DNA of 20,568 nucleotides. Origin: Sarea resinae (Eukaryota). The notes beneath the pieces were generated by a model that was not told the DNA's origin, did no database searches, and saw nothing but the letters and a program-made list of their open reading frames with translations. Below, piece after piece: positions 11,820 to 20,568 of the stretch. Position 1 is the stretch's first letter. Each line of letters begins with the position of its first letter. Where the stretch lies: assembly GCA_026026165.1 (NCBI GenBank), contig JAPEUD010000001.1, positions 930,001 to 950,568 of the forward strand. Reading direction: 5' to 3'. Both the position numbers and the translations under genes were made by a program.

Positions 11820-12834
11820 TCAATTCTTCCGGATATTTCTAGCTTTGCGCTTTTTGAACACAACCCCACCTCCGCCTACGCCTCCGCTCCCGCCCGTACC
11901 ATCCGTAGCCTTCGGTTCTGATGCTATAGGATCTGGGAGTTGCGATACGGCCTCAATGTCCTTTGCCTCTCCGTTGGAGTCTTCTCTTTTGATGACGGGC
12001 CCTTCATTCTGCCGCGATTCGCTCAACGCGTCTAGGTCTGGTGCTGGTATGCCTTCTAAGTTCGTAGCCTGCTCTGTCTTTATGGTTTCAGGCCCGGCTT
12101 CTATCGATTCCTTCGCCTTGGCAGAACTCTTCGACTTCTGAAGTAGGAAATCTAGATCTTCGTCGTCGTCGTGAGCGCCGCCCGGATATGTCTTCAAACT
12201 AGAGCCCCAGACTTTCCTGACTCTGGCCCCGCTATCCTCTTCCTCCTGATCCTCCTCTCCAAACTTCCTTTTCCGCACTCCAATGCTATGGACATCAGGC
12301 TTTCTGTCCCCATCGTCTTCCTGCTTGACTGTCGGACCAAGTGGCCTTTCGGAGATGGTCTGCCAATCTCCGGCCATAGCCATTTCCCTCCGAAATTCAT
12401 CTGGTATCGCCACACCCATCGAAGCCAGTTGCGCGAGTTGCTGCTTCCGTTCCGACACTGAAGCCTGCCGGGGCCCAGACGCAGGTGATATCGCGGATTT
12501 GCGTGTCCCCGACGGCCCAGATGTCGAAGTGCTGCCAGCTGATGAGCGGCCGGCCACAACCCCATTCAATCTTTCGACCTCGTCTTTAGCGCGTTGTTTA
12601 TCTCTCTCATCACGCTCCTGGCCGCGGTGGATATCTCGCAAGAAGCGCTTCAAGCTGCCTTGGTGTTTCCCGGTCGCTTCATGCTGTTGCTTCTCGAGCT
12701 TGGTGTCTCGAACATAAATCTTGCAGTGCTTACACCAGTACTTTGGCTGCAATGAGACATTAGAACATCAACCACCAAGTCAAAGGCGAGCGATGTCGAA
12801 AGCGACATACCGTTGACTTCCAGTATTCCGACAT
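11820..12834 (-). CDS. U1/matrin-type C2H2 zinc-finger protein, WBP4/FBP21-like spliceosomal factor, ~316 aa
   Basis: 24-nt first exon 12834-12811 (MSEYWKST), intron 12747-12810 (GTATGT..CTAAT..CAG), exon 12746-11820. Spliced N-terminus MSEYWKSTPKYWCKHCKIYVRDTKLEKQQHEATGKH matches the WBP4-type zinc finger; basic C-terminal VVFKKRK. No WW domain visible. Confidence 0.88.
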
Positions 12835-13179
12835 ATCATAAGACTGCCGATCGATCTCGTCTTTTCGAGACTGAAGTTGAGATAAATGAGTGCGCCAATG
12901 CCACGACACGGCTAAGAAATGCAAGTGGCCGCTTTGATGTAATCCTTGAGCTCTTCACGTATCGAGATTGTCAAATTCATGTGAGCGTATCTGATAAGCA
13001 CTTCATACCTTGTGTAGGTAGGATCCATCCAATCCATGCTGAGTAGATACGAAAATACTTGCACACTTGGAAGTTATTTCCTGCCGTACACGCCGAATTT
13101 TGAAGTCTTCCGGCTGTCAGGGGACCGTAGAGAATGTAGGCTTGCATCGTTGTTCGGCTTGCTCAGAGCTACTAAAGAG

Positions 13180-13540
13180 ATGATATATACTACATACTGG
13201 GGGGCCAATTGCCCAGACTATGCGTAGAATATATTACTATTACTGCCTTTGCATTGTAGTGTTGTTAGTCTCTTGAATGATACTGTAAAGGGTGAATAAG
13301 TCCTGTTTACACTTTTTAAGGATATCTAGCTTGTAGGACTATAGTATAACTAATGTATAAGCTATGTGTGTATATCTTATAGATAGAGTATAGGGCCGAG
13401 TGAACCAAAGACTGAAGGGAAACGCTCTACTGTTCTATACTACATGATAAGGCGTCTGGCCAGAGATACTCTTTCCTAGCAGCTAGGTGGGATTTTAGGG
13501 GTAGACATACCATAAAAGGCCCCCCAATCCAGTATCCTCG
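13180..13540. other. AT-rich, TpA-rich and CpA-poor tract; possible RIP-degraded repeat relic
   Basis: By hand count, 13311-13400 has about 19 TpA and no CpA on the plus strand, unlike the flanking DNA. No recognisable transposon protein. Confidence 0.4.
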
Positions 13541-13548
13541 GTGAGTGA

Positions 13549-14019
13549 TCATAGCAATTGTTCTTCCAATTGGGCCTCTTTCAAAGCCAGCGACTCTGTC
13601 TGTAACATAGTTAAAGCCACGTCCAGTCGCAGGATCAGTAGGCGGAGATTAGGCGAGCGTTTGCTGAAACGTATTCCCAAGATGTGTTGGTCGAATATCG
13701 AGATGTATAGATGAGAGCAGGCTCTAGAACACGCTGCACTCGGCGAATCTGAATCGAACCGACCGGCGCGCATAGTCGATAAGAGCCAACAATGCCAGGA
13801 GAAGAGGTCAAGACTGTAAAGGAGACGACGGCAAGTTGGCAGGGATATCCGACGTATCATGCTTTGCAAAAGACTCTTTATTTCTTCCTCCCGCTCCTTT
13901 ACAGAGCCAAGGGTCCAAAGTACCTCATCATGGAACATATACAGGACGAGGAAGGCAAACACCGTGCTGTGCCGCGCGTGTGCAGAGAAGTCTGCAACAC
14001 GTATAGTCTGGGAAAGCAA
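13549..14019 (-). other. Orphan 156-codon open frame (TTG start in the ORF track); coding status unknown
   Basis: Longest ORF in the WBP4-like/GlyRS gap, with two helical-looking stretches (SVKEREEEIKSLLQSMIRR, ESLALKEAQLEEQLL). No family recognised. Confidence 0.2.
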
Positions 14020-14457
14020 GTGCAGAGTATACTGCGTATAGAACTTAGCGGCTCGGGAATCTAGCGACCCGTCCCCGCGCTCGTCCTATTCTGCTTGGAG
14101 CAGATTAGGGGGCAGTCTCGCGATGAGAAAAATTCGGTAAGCCGATTTCTGTATCGCGCGAGGCGGATTTAGAGCAAACCCTCTGGAAAGGCGCTCTGCG
14201 CCGCGCAAAAAGCAAAAATTGCTCTCCAGCCCCATTTAGATACAATCTTGCGGCGAATAGAATTTCATCAGATTCGTCTTGTAAAGGCAGTTAGGAGATC
14301 AAAGGTTCGCTACTGAGCAGCTTTGATGTATCGGACAGACGGGCCGTGGAGTATTTCATTGAAGTATAGCTCTTATCACGTCAAATATTCTCCTTGACGT
14401 CCTTGTCATACGAATCAATGCACAACATGAGAACTGGCGGATTTTAGTTCCCGTCCC

Positions 14458-16635
14458 TCATTCATCCGTAGTCTGACCAAGAAATTCGGGTAGCCGCTTG
14501 GTGATATCGGCCCAACTTTCCTTACCCTCAACAAGGCTATGTACGGAAGCCACAAGGTCATCTTCGGACGCTCGCACCTGCTTCGTACTATCTCGATCCC
14601 GCAGCGTGTATGTTTGATGCTTGATGGAGTCGAAATCAACTGTAATGCCGAAAGGCGTGCCCAGCTCATCGTTTCGCGAATAGCGTTTCCCGATGCTTGC
14701 AGATGAGGCATCCACGCGGTTAGATATACCAAGGGCTCGGAAGCGCCGGGATAATCTATGCACAAGAGGGTCGAAGTCCGGGAAGTTGGAAAGAGGCACG
14801 ATAAGGACTTTCGTAGGTGCGACTATGGGTGGGAATGACAACACCTGTTTCGCTCGGTCAGTGGCAGGGTACAAATGGGGAAAATCATGCTCTTCATCGA
14901 GAATGTACGACGGGATGGTAGGAAACCGAGCTATAGGAAGCACTACTTACACCGCGAGCTTCGTCTCCAGGTCGATGCCAGTATACGTGCTCGAGGAGGC
15001 TGTACAGGATCCGCCCGATCCCAAATGACGGCTCGATGACATTGGGTGTATACTCTCGGTGGTTCTCGATGCGAGTGCGGCGAACTATGTCAATCAAATC
15101 CCGATCCAACTGGACCACTCCGTCTGCTAATGCTGAGTCGGGTACATTGAGAGAAATAGAGCCTTCTTGCTTGAGAGTAGTAGCCAGTATCTCCCGCTGA
15201 TCCTGACTGAGGGCGTTCACCGCCTCCTCGACAGCCCTTGCGTCTTTCCTGAACTTTGGACCGAGTTTCTTTTTCTGCAAGTCGATCTGCCATTCCTCAA
15301 TCCTCAATGGCTTAGCTCGTGTTTCACGAACCACTAAAGCTTCACCAGTCCTCTTTGCATGTACAGTGAGATCGTAGGCGCTGCGATCTGCACAGCCAAC
15401 ACACTCAACCCATCCGTAGCTAGTAAGCAACTCAGCATCCCAACAGTCAGCTGCATAATGTGCCATCTCGTTAGCCATATGCTGACGGAAACGCATCTTT
15501 TTAGCATTGACACCAATCTTTGTCAAGAAGAGCTGTATCCGTGCAAGGAAATAACCCAAAGTTTCATTATCAATAGTACCTGAGCGAACAGCATCACCGA
15601 TTGTCATGGTCTTGAGATTAGTCTTTCCGGCCAACTGAGTATGACGGTCAAGGAGAGCAAGTTCCAACCATTCTATCTCGCCAAACTTAGCATGTCGCTT
15701 GCCACCATCCGGATCAACAAAGTGTTCTACTTCCGCCAGGAGAAATTCTCTCACGCGCAAAAGACCAGATCTTGGGGATATCTCGTTGCGGAACGATTTA
15801 CCAACCGAAGCTGAAGCGAACGGCATAGAATTCTGATTGAATTCGAGCAACTTTTTGAAATTTAGGAACTGTCCTTGAGCTGTTTCTGGCCGAAGATAGC
15901 CCGGAGAAGCGCTGCTCGGTCCGATGGCAGTTTTGAACATTAAATTGAATGGCACAGGCGGAAGAACCTCATTGTTGCCGTCAGGGTTCCTGATATCAAG
16001 CCTCTTAATCAATTCAGCAAGTTCTGGCCCATCAAAATTGTCAATCTATGGATAACATGTCAGTTTGCTTGTCAGGGGGCCCTGTACAGGCGTGGGATAT
16101 GTAATACCTTGGCTAGAATCTCCTCGTATTCTGCCACGGCGGTATCGTCTAACTTTGCCGTTTTTACATCCTTCACCTTTCCCTTCGCCTTTTTGGCATT
16201 CTTGGGGTCCTCCTTTTTCTCTTCGATTTGTATGCCCCGTGCAGCTTTGTCGCCTTTCAGCCTGCCTTCTAGCACATTCTCAATCAAATGATCGGCCCTC
16301 AGATAATCGCCCTTCTTTGCGTCTTTGCACATCCAATCAGCGAATTTATCAACGTGTCCGCTCGTTTTAAACACGTCTTCCGGTGTCAACATGGTGCAGT
16401 CCAGCTCGAGCATGTCCTCCTCGAGAACAAAGTGTTTCCGCCATAAGTCCACGATGTTGGCCTGCAGTGCGCAACCGGGAGGACCGTAGTCGAAAAGGCC
16501 TTTTGTATTCCCCACGAAGTTGGCCGATGTCCGGTAAATTTCGAAGGCTTCGGTGAAGAAGAGTCGGCGCCTCATCACCGACTCGAAGGGTGCGCGGTCG
16601 AATTGGTCGCCGCCGAGGGTTGTCATGTCTGCCAT
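14458..16635 (-). CDS. Glycyl-tRNA synthetase, eukaryotic alpha2 class II (GRS1/GARS family), ~669 aa; possibly a divergent second paralog
   Basis: Exons 16635-16108, 16045-14951, 14844-14458; introns 16046-16107, 14845-14950. Motifs GLFDYGPPGCALQ, KTSGHVDKF, FNLMFKT, YLRPETAQGQFLNF, motif 2 SFRNEISPRSGLLRVREF, EMAHYA, GWVECVGCADR, motif 3 VIEPSFGIGRI, and the anticodon domain SIGKRYSRNDELGTPFGITVDF. Confidence 0.97.
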
Positions 16636-17046
16636 GATTGGCCGTTACCACAGGATGATTGCTGAGGTCCTTGGGGAATGTCCGGTGAGAGAGGCACAAC
16701 TGTCGTTCGGGCGTTGTCCTGCAAGTCGAAGCCCACCTACTGCCGCAGTACACAGCAAGGTGATTGCTCTGTTGACAACAACAATACCGTAGTGGGGAGT
16801 GAGGTACGCGGTATTCATCTAATGGATACGCAGTGCCCACTGAGTCATCCATCTCCACATGTAGGTTCTGCTATACTGACATGCTTCATCCGCTGTACTC
16901 AGCGGCGAATCCCGCTCGCTTCCAAAAATGTCGGACCAAGGCATCATCGCGACTCTACCGCCTACCTCGATGTCAGATCTCTCGAGCTTCTCGAGCTTCA
17001 TCATAACATCCAATACCTAGGTTTCATCTGCAGCTTCGCTACCCAG
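16636..17046. promoter_or_regulatory. Compact divergent (bidirectional) promoter region shared by GlyRS and the stomatin-like gene
   Basis: Only 411 nt separate the two head-to-head start codons (16635 on -, 17047 on +). Confidence 0.65.
16645..16818 (-). other. 57-aa upstream ORF in frame with GlyRS, ending in TAA 9 nt before the GlyRS ATG
   Basis: ATG at 16818 is 183 nt (61 codons) upstream of ATG 16635. Translates MNTAYLTPHYGIVVVNRAITLLCTAAVGGLRLAGQRPNDSCASLTGHSPRTSAIILW*, followed by CGG CCA ATC ATG. Whether it is transcribed is unknown. Confidence 0.3.
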
Positions 17047-18505
17047 ATGGCCTCCATGATGCCGGCGATGGAGCGCACAGCTGCTCGACAGCTAAAACAT
17101 CTCGGCTCATCTTCAGCCTCTCCACGCCTACAGTGGAGAGCAGTCGCCGCCGCCGCAGCACGCCAGCCTTCGGTGCTCCCTCGAAGGCCACTCTCCACCA
17201 GCACTGCATTGTCAGCCCCGCCCTCCACCATCCTTGGAATACCTACTGGCCCGACCACTCCTTCGTCCTACTTTCAACGAGGCCCCTCCTTACCCGCCAA
17301 TACCGTCATCCGCTTCGTGCCCCAGCAGACCGCATGGATCGTCGAACGCATGGGAAAATTCAACCGGATACTCGAGCCTGGTCTTGCCATTCTCGTCCCC
17401 TTCTTAGACAGGATAGCCTACGTAAAGAGCTTAAAGGAGGCTGCCATCGAGATTCCCAGCCAGAGCGCCATCACCGCAGATAATGTCACATTAGAGCTTG
17501 ATGGAGTGCTATATACCCGGGTATTTGATGCTTACAAAGCCAGGTATGCATCGAACGGTTTTCTTTAGCATAAACGTGCAGCTAATGTGCCGTAGTTACG
17601 GCGTCGAGGACGCAGAATACGCCGTCGCCCAACTAGCACAGACGACGATGCGGTCAGAAATTGGTCAACTTTCGCTTGACCATGTCCTGAAAGAACGCGC
17701 AGCTCTCAATGTGAATATCACCGCGGCCATCAACGAGGCTGCTAAAGAGTGGGGGGTCATCTGTCTGCGATACGAGATACGAGATATCCACGGTAAGATC
17801 TAGAGGACCCAAACTCATGTATTCGGGGTGCTCATTCTGTCTAAAGTGCCCAGTGATGTTCTGAACGCTATGCACCGTCAAGTTACGGCTGAACGTACCA
17901 AGCGCGCCGAAATTTTGGACTCAGAGGGACAGAGACAAAGTGCAATCAACATCGCCGAGGGGCGAAAACAGAGTGTCATTCTCGCATCCGAGGCTCTTAA
18001 ATCGGAGCAGATCAACATGGCAAGCGGAGAGGCAGAAGCAATCTTGCTCAAGGCTCAGGCAACTGCTGCCGGTATTGACGCTGTTGCGGGCAGTATTGCC
18101 CAGGGTAAGGAGTCGGCGCAGAACGCCGTCAGCCTCAGCGTGGCGGAGAAATACGTCGACGCTTTCGGGAAACTGGCCAAGGAGGGTACATCCGTCGTTG
18201 TGCCAGGTAATGTCGGCGATATTGGCGGCATGATTGCTAGTGCTATGGCTGTGTACGGCAAGGTCAACGAAGGCCAGGCCAAGGCCCTGGCCTCGAAGAT
18301 GGTCACCTCTGACCCTAATCGCCATACATCTAACCCACACCAGCAGGGCTATGATTTGGAACGGTTAGAGGGTGAAGTGAAGAAGTACGGCGAGGGCGAA
18401 TGGGCTCACTCATCGGGAGAGGAGCAGGGAGCTTCGGCAGACAAGTCGGACGATGTTGCGCAGAGCGTGCTCGATGGCTTTGAGCAGACGAGACAAAAGC
18501 GATAG
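17047..18505 (+). CDS. Stomatin-like protein 2 (SLP-2/STOML2-type SPFH/band 7 protein), probably mitochondrial, ~450 aa
   Basis: Exons 17047-17543, 17596-17792, 17847-18505; introns 17544-17595, 17793-17846. Arg/Ala/Ser-rich, acid-poor presequence (...LPRRPLSTS). SPFH core FVPQQTAWIVERMGKFNRILEPGL, QSAITADNV, QLAQTTMRSEIG, CLRYEIRDI, AERTKRAEILDSEG, VAEKYVDAFGKLAKE. Confidence 0.94.
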
Positions 18506-19504
18506 TGATTGAAAAGGGAAAACCTGTAATTTCATAGCTCTTTGAGCCCTTTGTATGTACTTTTACTCCACTTCCGTTAGCTCATCTATCATCGGGCTTG
18601 ACTGGTTTAGCTGGTGCCATTGTTCATGATTCTGTTTTGCAAAAGAGCCATCTTCACTTCCTCGCGCGGGTGGATATTCAAGTCAAAGGCTTTGCCTTTC
18701 CACAGGCATCGCAGGCATTTAAGACTCATTGGCGGACTATTCATCTGCCCTCCTTCAGGGGCATTAGGGAATCATGAATTTTGAAGCCTCAGCAACTCAT
18801 ATCTGACCTGGTGCTCCTCAATTGCTCATTTATGCACTCCTAAGCTCAAAGCCCTGTGGTATTTTGGATATGATTGTATTTAAGTTTAATCTAAGCCTTT
18901 GATTGATTTTTACCGGAAGTTTGAATCTGATGTTGCCCTCTGTAAATATCCGGTCTCGTCCTTGCTGGTTCGGACGCAATGACCAATGCTCATAGGCATG
19001 CAAACCTACACACGTCAACTGTGCTATGAAACGAATATGTAGATGTCCGCCACATTGAGGTGCGGAGTTCATGTTAGCTCTGATTAGGTATTGTGCCTGG
19101 AAAGTTTCGACGTGTATGGTCTTGAGCATGAATGCTCCGCCTCGCTGTCGAAGATAGGAGGAGACTGAGTGAAGTCTCGAGTGAAATCTATAAGGGTTTG
19201 GAATTGGTGCTTCCGGAGAAGAGGGAACAAATACTGCATCAGCTTGCGAGAGCTTCTTCCCAATCCAACGAGAAATGGTCTTAAGGGCTATTTACTGGAA
19301 AGGGGCAAGTGCTTGTTCCGAGTTTATGGTCCCCGATAAAACATATATTCTACCTAGGTGAGAGTTCCAGTTACTAGCGGATCTTGGGGGGGGGATAAAT
19401 GATGAATGGTGACGAAGAAGCTCCATGAAGAAAAAGGGAAAAGATCACAAGGCTCGAGCAGTCAGAAGATTATATATCACGTAAGGTTTCCTTTTTATAA
19501 ATAA

Positions 19505-19589
19505 GGCCTGCTGGCTCAATGGTAGAGTGCTTGACTACGACTTGTCATAGTTAATCAAGTGGTTGCAGGTTCGAGCCCTGCGTAGGTCA
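19505..19589 (+). tRNA. tRNA-Arg, anticodon ACG, with a 13-nt intron
   Basis: Acceptor stem GGCCTGC/GTAGGTC plus discriminator A19589; D-arm GCTC-AATGGTA-GAGT; anticodon stem CTTGA/TCAAG with ACG at 19537-19539; intron 19541-19553 after base 37; T-arm GCAGG-TTCGAGC-CCTGC. Confidence 0.95.
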
Positions 19590-19601
19590 TATCATGTTAT
19601 G

Positions 19602-19618
19602 TTTTGCATTTATTTTTT
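19602..19618 (+). terminator. RNA polymerase III oligo-T terminator of the tRNA
   Basis: T4 at 19602-19605 and T6 at 19613-19618, just downstream of the tRNA 3' end. Confidence 0.75.
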
Positions 19619-19957
19619 CATCTATCTTATTCTTTTGAAGACCGCCAGAGCGGGCGGAAAAACCCTACTCCGGCCCGCGTCACCGGCCGAGTGCACGGTG
19701 CGTGAACATCCAATCCATTGCAGTCCGGGGCCACAACTTCGAATATCACACATGGATACGACCACCGACGTCAACATCGACATCTACATCAACACCAACA
19801 TGAACAATTTGTGGAAGCCTTGAGAAACCGTCTAGAAACAGACATTGCGACAACACTATTTTTGTCCTCCCCACGAAACCGAAGCACAAGTCCGTTTCTC
19901 CAAGAGCTCCATCCCCACTACACCCTACCCTAAACTCAAGCTTTCTCTTCATACATA

Positions 19958-20463
19958 ATGTCCGTCCCTCCTTCCACGCCCTCCTCATACGCGCCGCCGC
20001 CCACGCCCATTCGCCCCTATCCACCAGCCCAGAGCCACGACCCGAATACGCCGCCTCCGCCGCCTCCTAAGCCTGGCACCAGCCACGAAGCCAGTCGTAT
20101 CGGCACGCCTCAGCAGGCTGCGGGAGGAGAGAATGACGGCCCTGGAACAGGAGGGAGAGGAGAGGCAGCAGTAGCACCACCGCTGCCACCGCCACCGCCG
20201 CCGCAGCTGTCATCCGTAGGTGCTGCTGTGACGGCGGCGGGTTCGGCGAACCCGCAATGGATGATGACGACGACGGGGCAGCCGGGGCAACCAGCACAGT
20301 CGTCGCAACAGCAGCACCAACAAGCATATTATGACACCAACGCCGGGAACCCCTCGAGTGCGCCATCGTCGTATACACCGGCTCAGACCAAAGCGGCAGC
20401 GAGAGGTGGGGATGTGCAATTACCCGAAGAGGGATGGCTTCCGGATATGCTGAGGGCGAAATC
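19958..20463 (+). CDS. VPS37: First exon of a Pro-rich protein, probably ESCRT-I subunit Vps37; the rest lies outside the window
   Basis: ATG 19958 opens MSVPPSTPSSY...TPPPPPPKPGTSHEASRIGTP...PEEGWLPDMLRAKS, then a GTACGT donor at 20464 and a pyrimidine-rich intron to the window end. The PPPPPKP..HEASR.GTP and EGWLP.ML..KS blocks resemble filamentous-fungal Vps37 N-termini as I recall them. The diagnostic Mod(r) domain is not in the window. Confidence 0.68.
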
Positions 20464-20568
20464 GTACGTGACTATCTTTCTCTTTTGTTTCTCCTGCTTC
20501 TTGTTCCTTGAATCTGCCTACATATCTATCACCCACCTACCTCCCTCCCTGCCTACGCTGCCCCCCCC

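Noticed and set aside
136..12717. Many 60-150 aa ORFs antisense to or frame-shifted within RIC1, KTR, HIR1, MDR and WBP4-like genes
   Set aside because: They are shadows of well-supported coding exons, with no recognisable domains and often non-ATG starts.
13859..14041. BED-finger-like W...CxxC pattern (SSWNIY...CRAC) suggesting a hAT transposase
   Set aside because: The two His ligands are missing, the frame closes after 60 codons, and no transposase catalytic domain follows.
14094..14233. Resemblance to U5 snRNA loop I (GCCTTTCCAGAG on minus), RNase P CR-I (GAAAAATTCGGT) or telomerase template (TTAGGG)
   Set aside because: The invariant U5 loop GCCUUUUAC is not matched and the Sm-like site is on the wrong side; no RNase P CR-V partner was found; no full TAACCCTAA template. 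GCGATGAG also occurs in HIR1 intron 3, so that motif alone is weak.
16367..16858. Minus-strand 163-aa ORF containing RWAST, like a mitochondrial cleavage site, upstream of GlyRS
   Set aside because: It is out of frame with GlyRS, has an acidic N-terminus, and I found no splice that keeps RWAST and joins the GlyRS frame.
18560..19300. Short minus-strand ORFs (e.g. 18830-19129) between stomatin and the tRNA
   Set aside because: No recognisable motif or consistent exon structure; treated as intergenic, though a decayed gene cannot be excluded without a search.
19563..20419. ORF-track entries at the right end (19563, 19718, 19746, 20067, 20210)
   Set aside because: They overlap the tRNA, lie in a low-complexity leader, or are antisense to the better-supported exon starting at 19958.
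1..20568. CRISPR array, operon or prokaryotic defence system
   Set aside because: The DNA is eukaryotic with spliceosomal introns; there is no repeat-spacer array and the only long exact tandem repeat is a 2-copy 24-mer.

Overview
Gene-dense, intron-containing fungal DNA, consistent with a filamentous ascomycete (Pezizomycotina): short 46-106 nt GT-AG introns, most with CTRAY-type branch points. Gene models were built by hand and checked for frame across splice junctions. In order: RIC1 (-, runs off the left edge), a KRE2/KTR-family GT15 mannosyltransferase (-), HIR1 histone chaperone (-), an MDR enoyl-reductase-like oxidoreductase (-), a U1-type zinc-finger WBP4/FBP21-like protein (-), a ~1.6 kb gap holding a TpA-rich RIP-like patch, an orphan ORF and a GC-rich inverted-repeat island, a glycyl-tRNA synthetase (-) head-to-head with a mitochondrial stomatin-like gene (+), an intron-containing tRNA-Arg(ACG) (+), and the first exon of a probable VPS37 (+, absent from the ORF track, runs off the right edge). 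The window is mostly housekeeping genes and I cannot demonstrate a new biological system. The best leads are the atypical GlyRS (7-residue insertion near the N-terminus; an in-frame 57-aa uORF that stops 9 nt before its ATG) and the unexplained 13.2-14.25 kb segment downstream of it.
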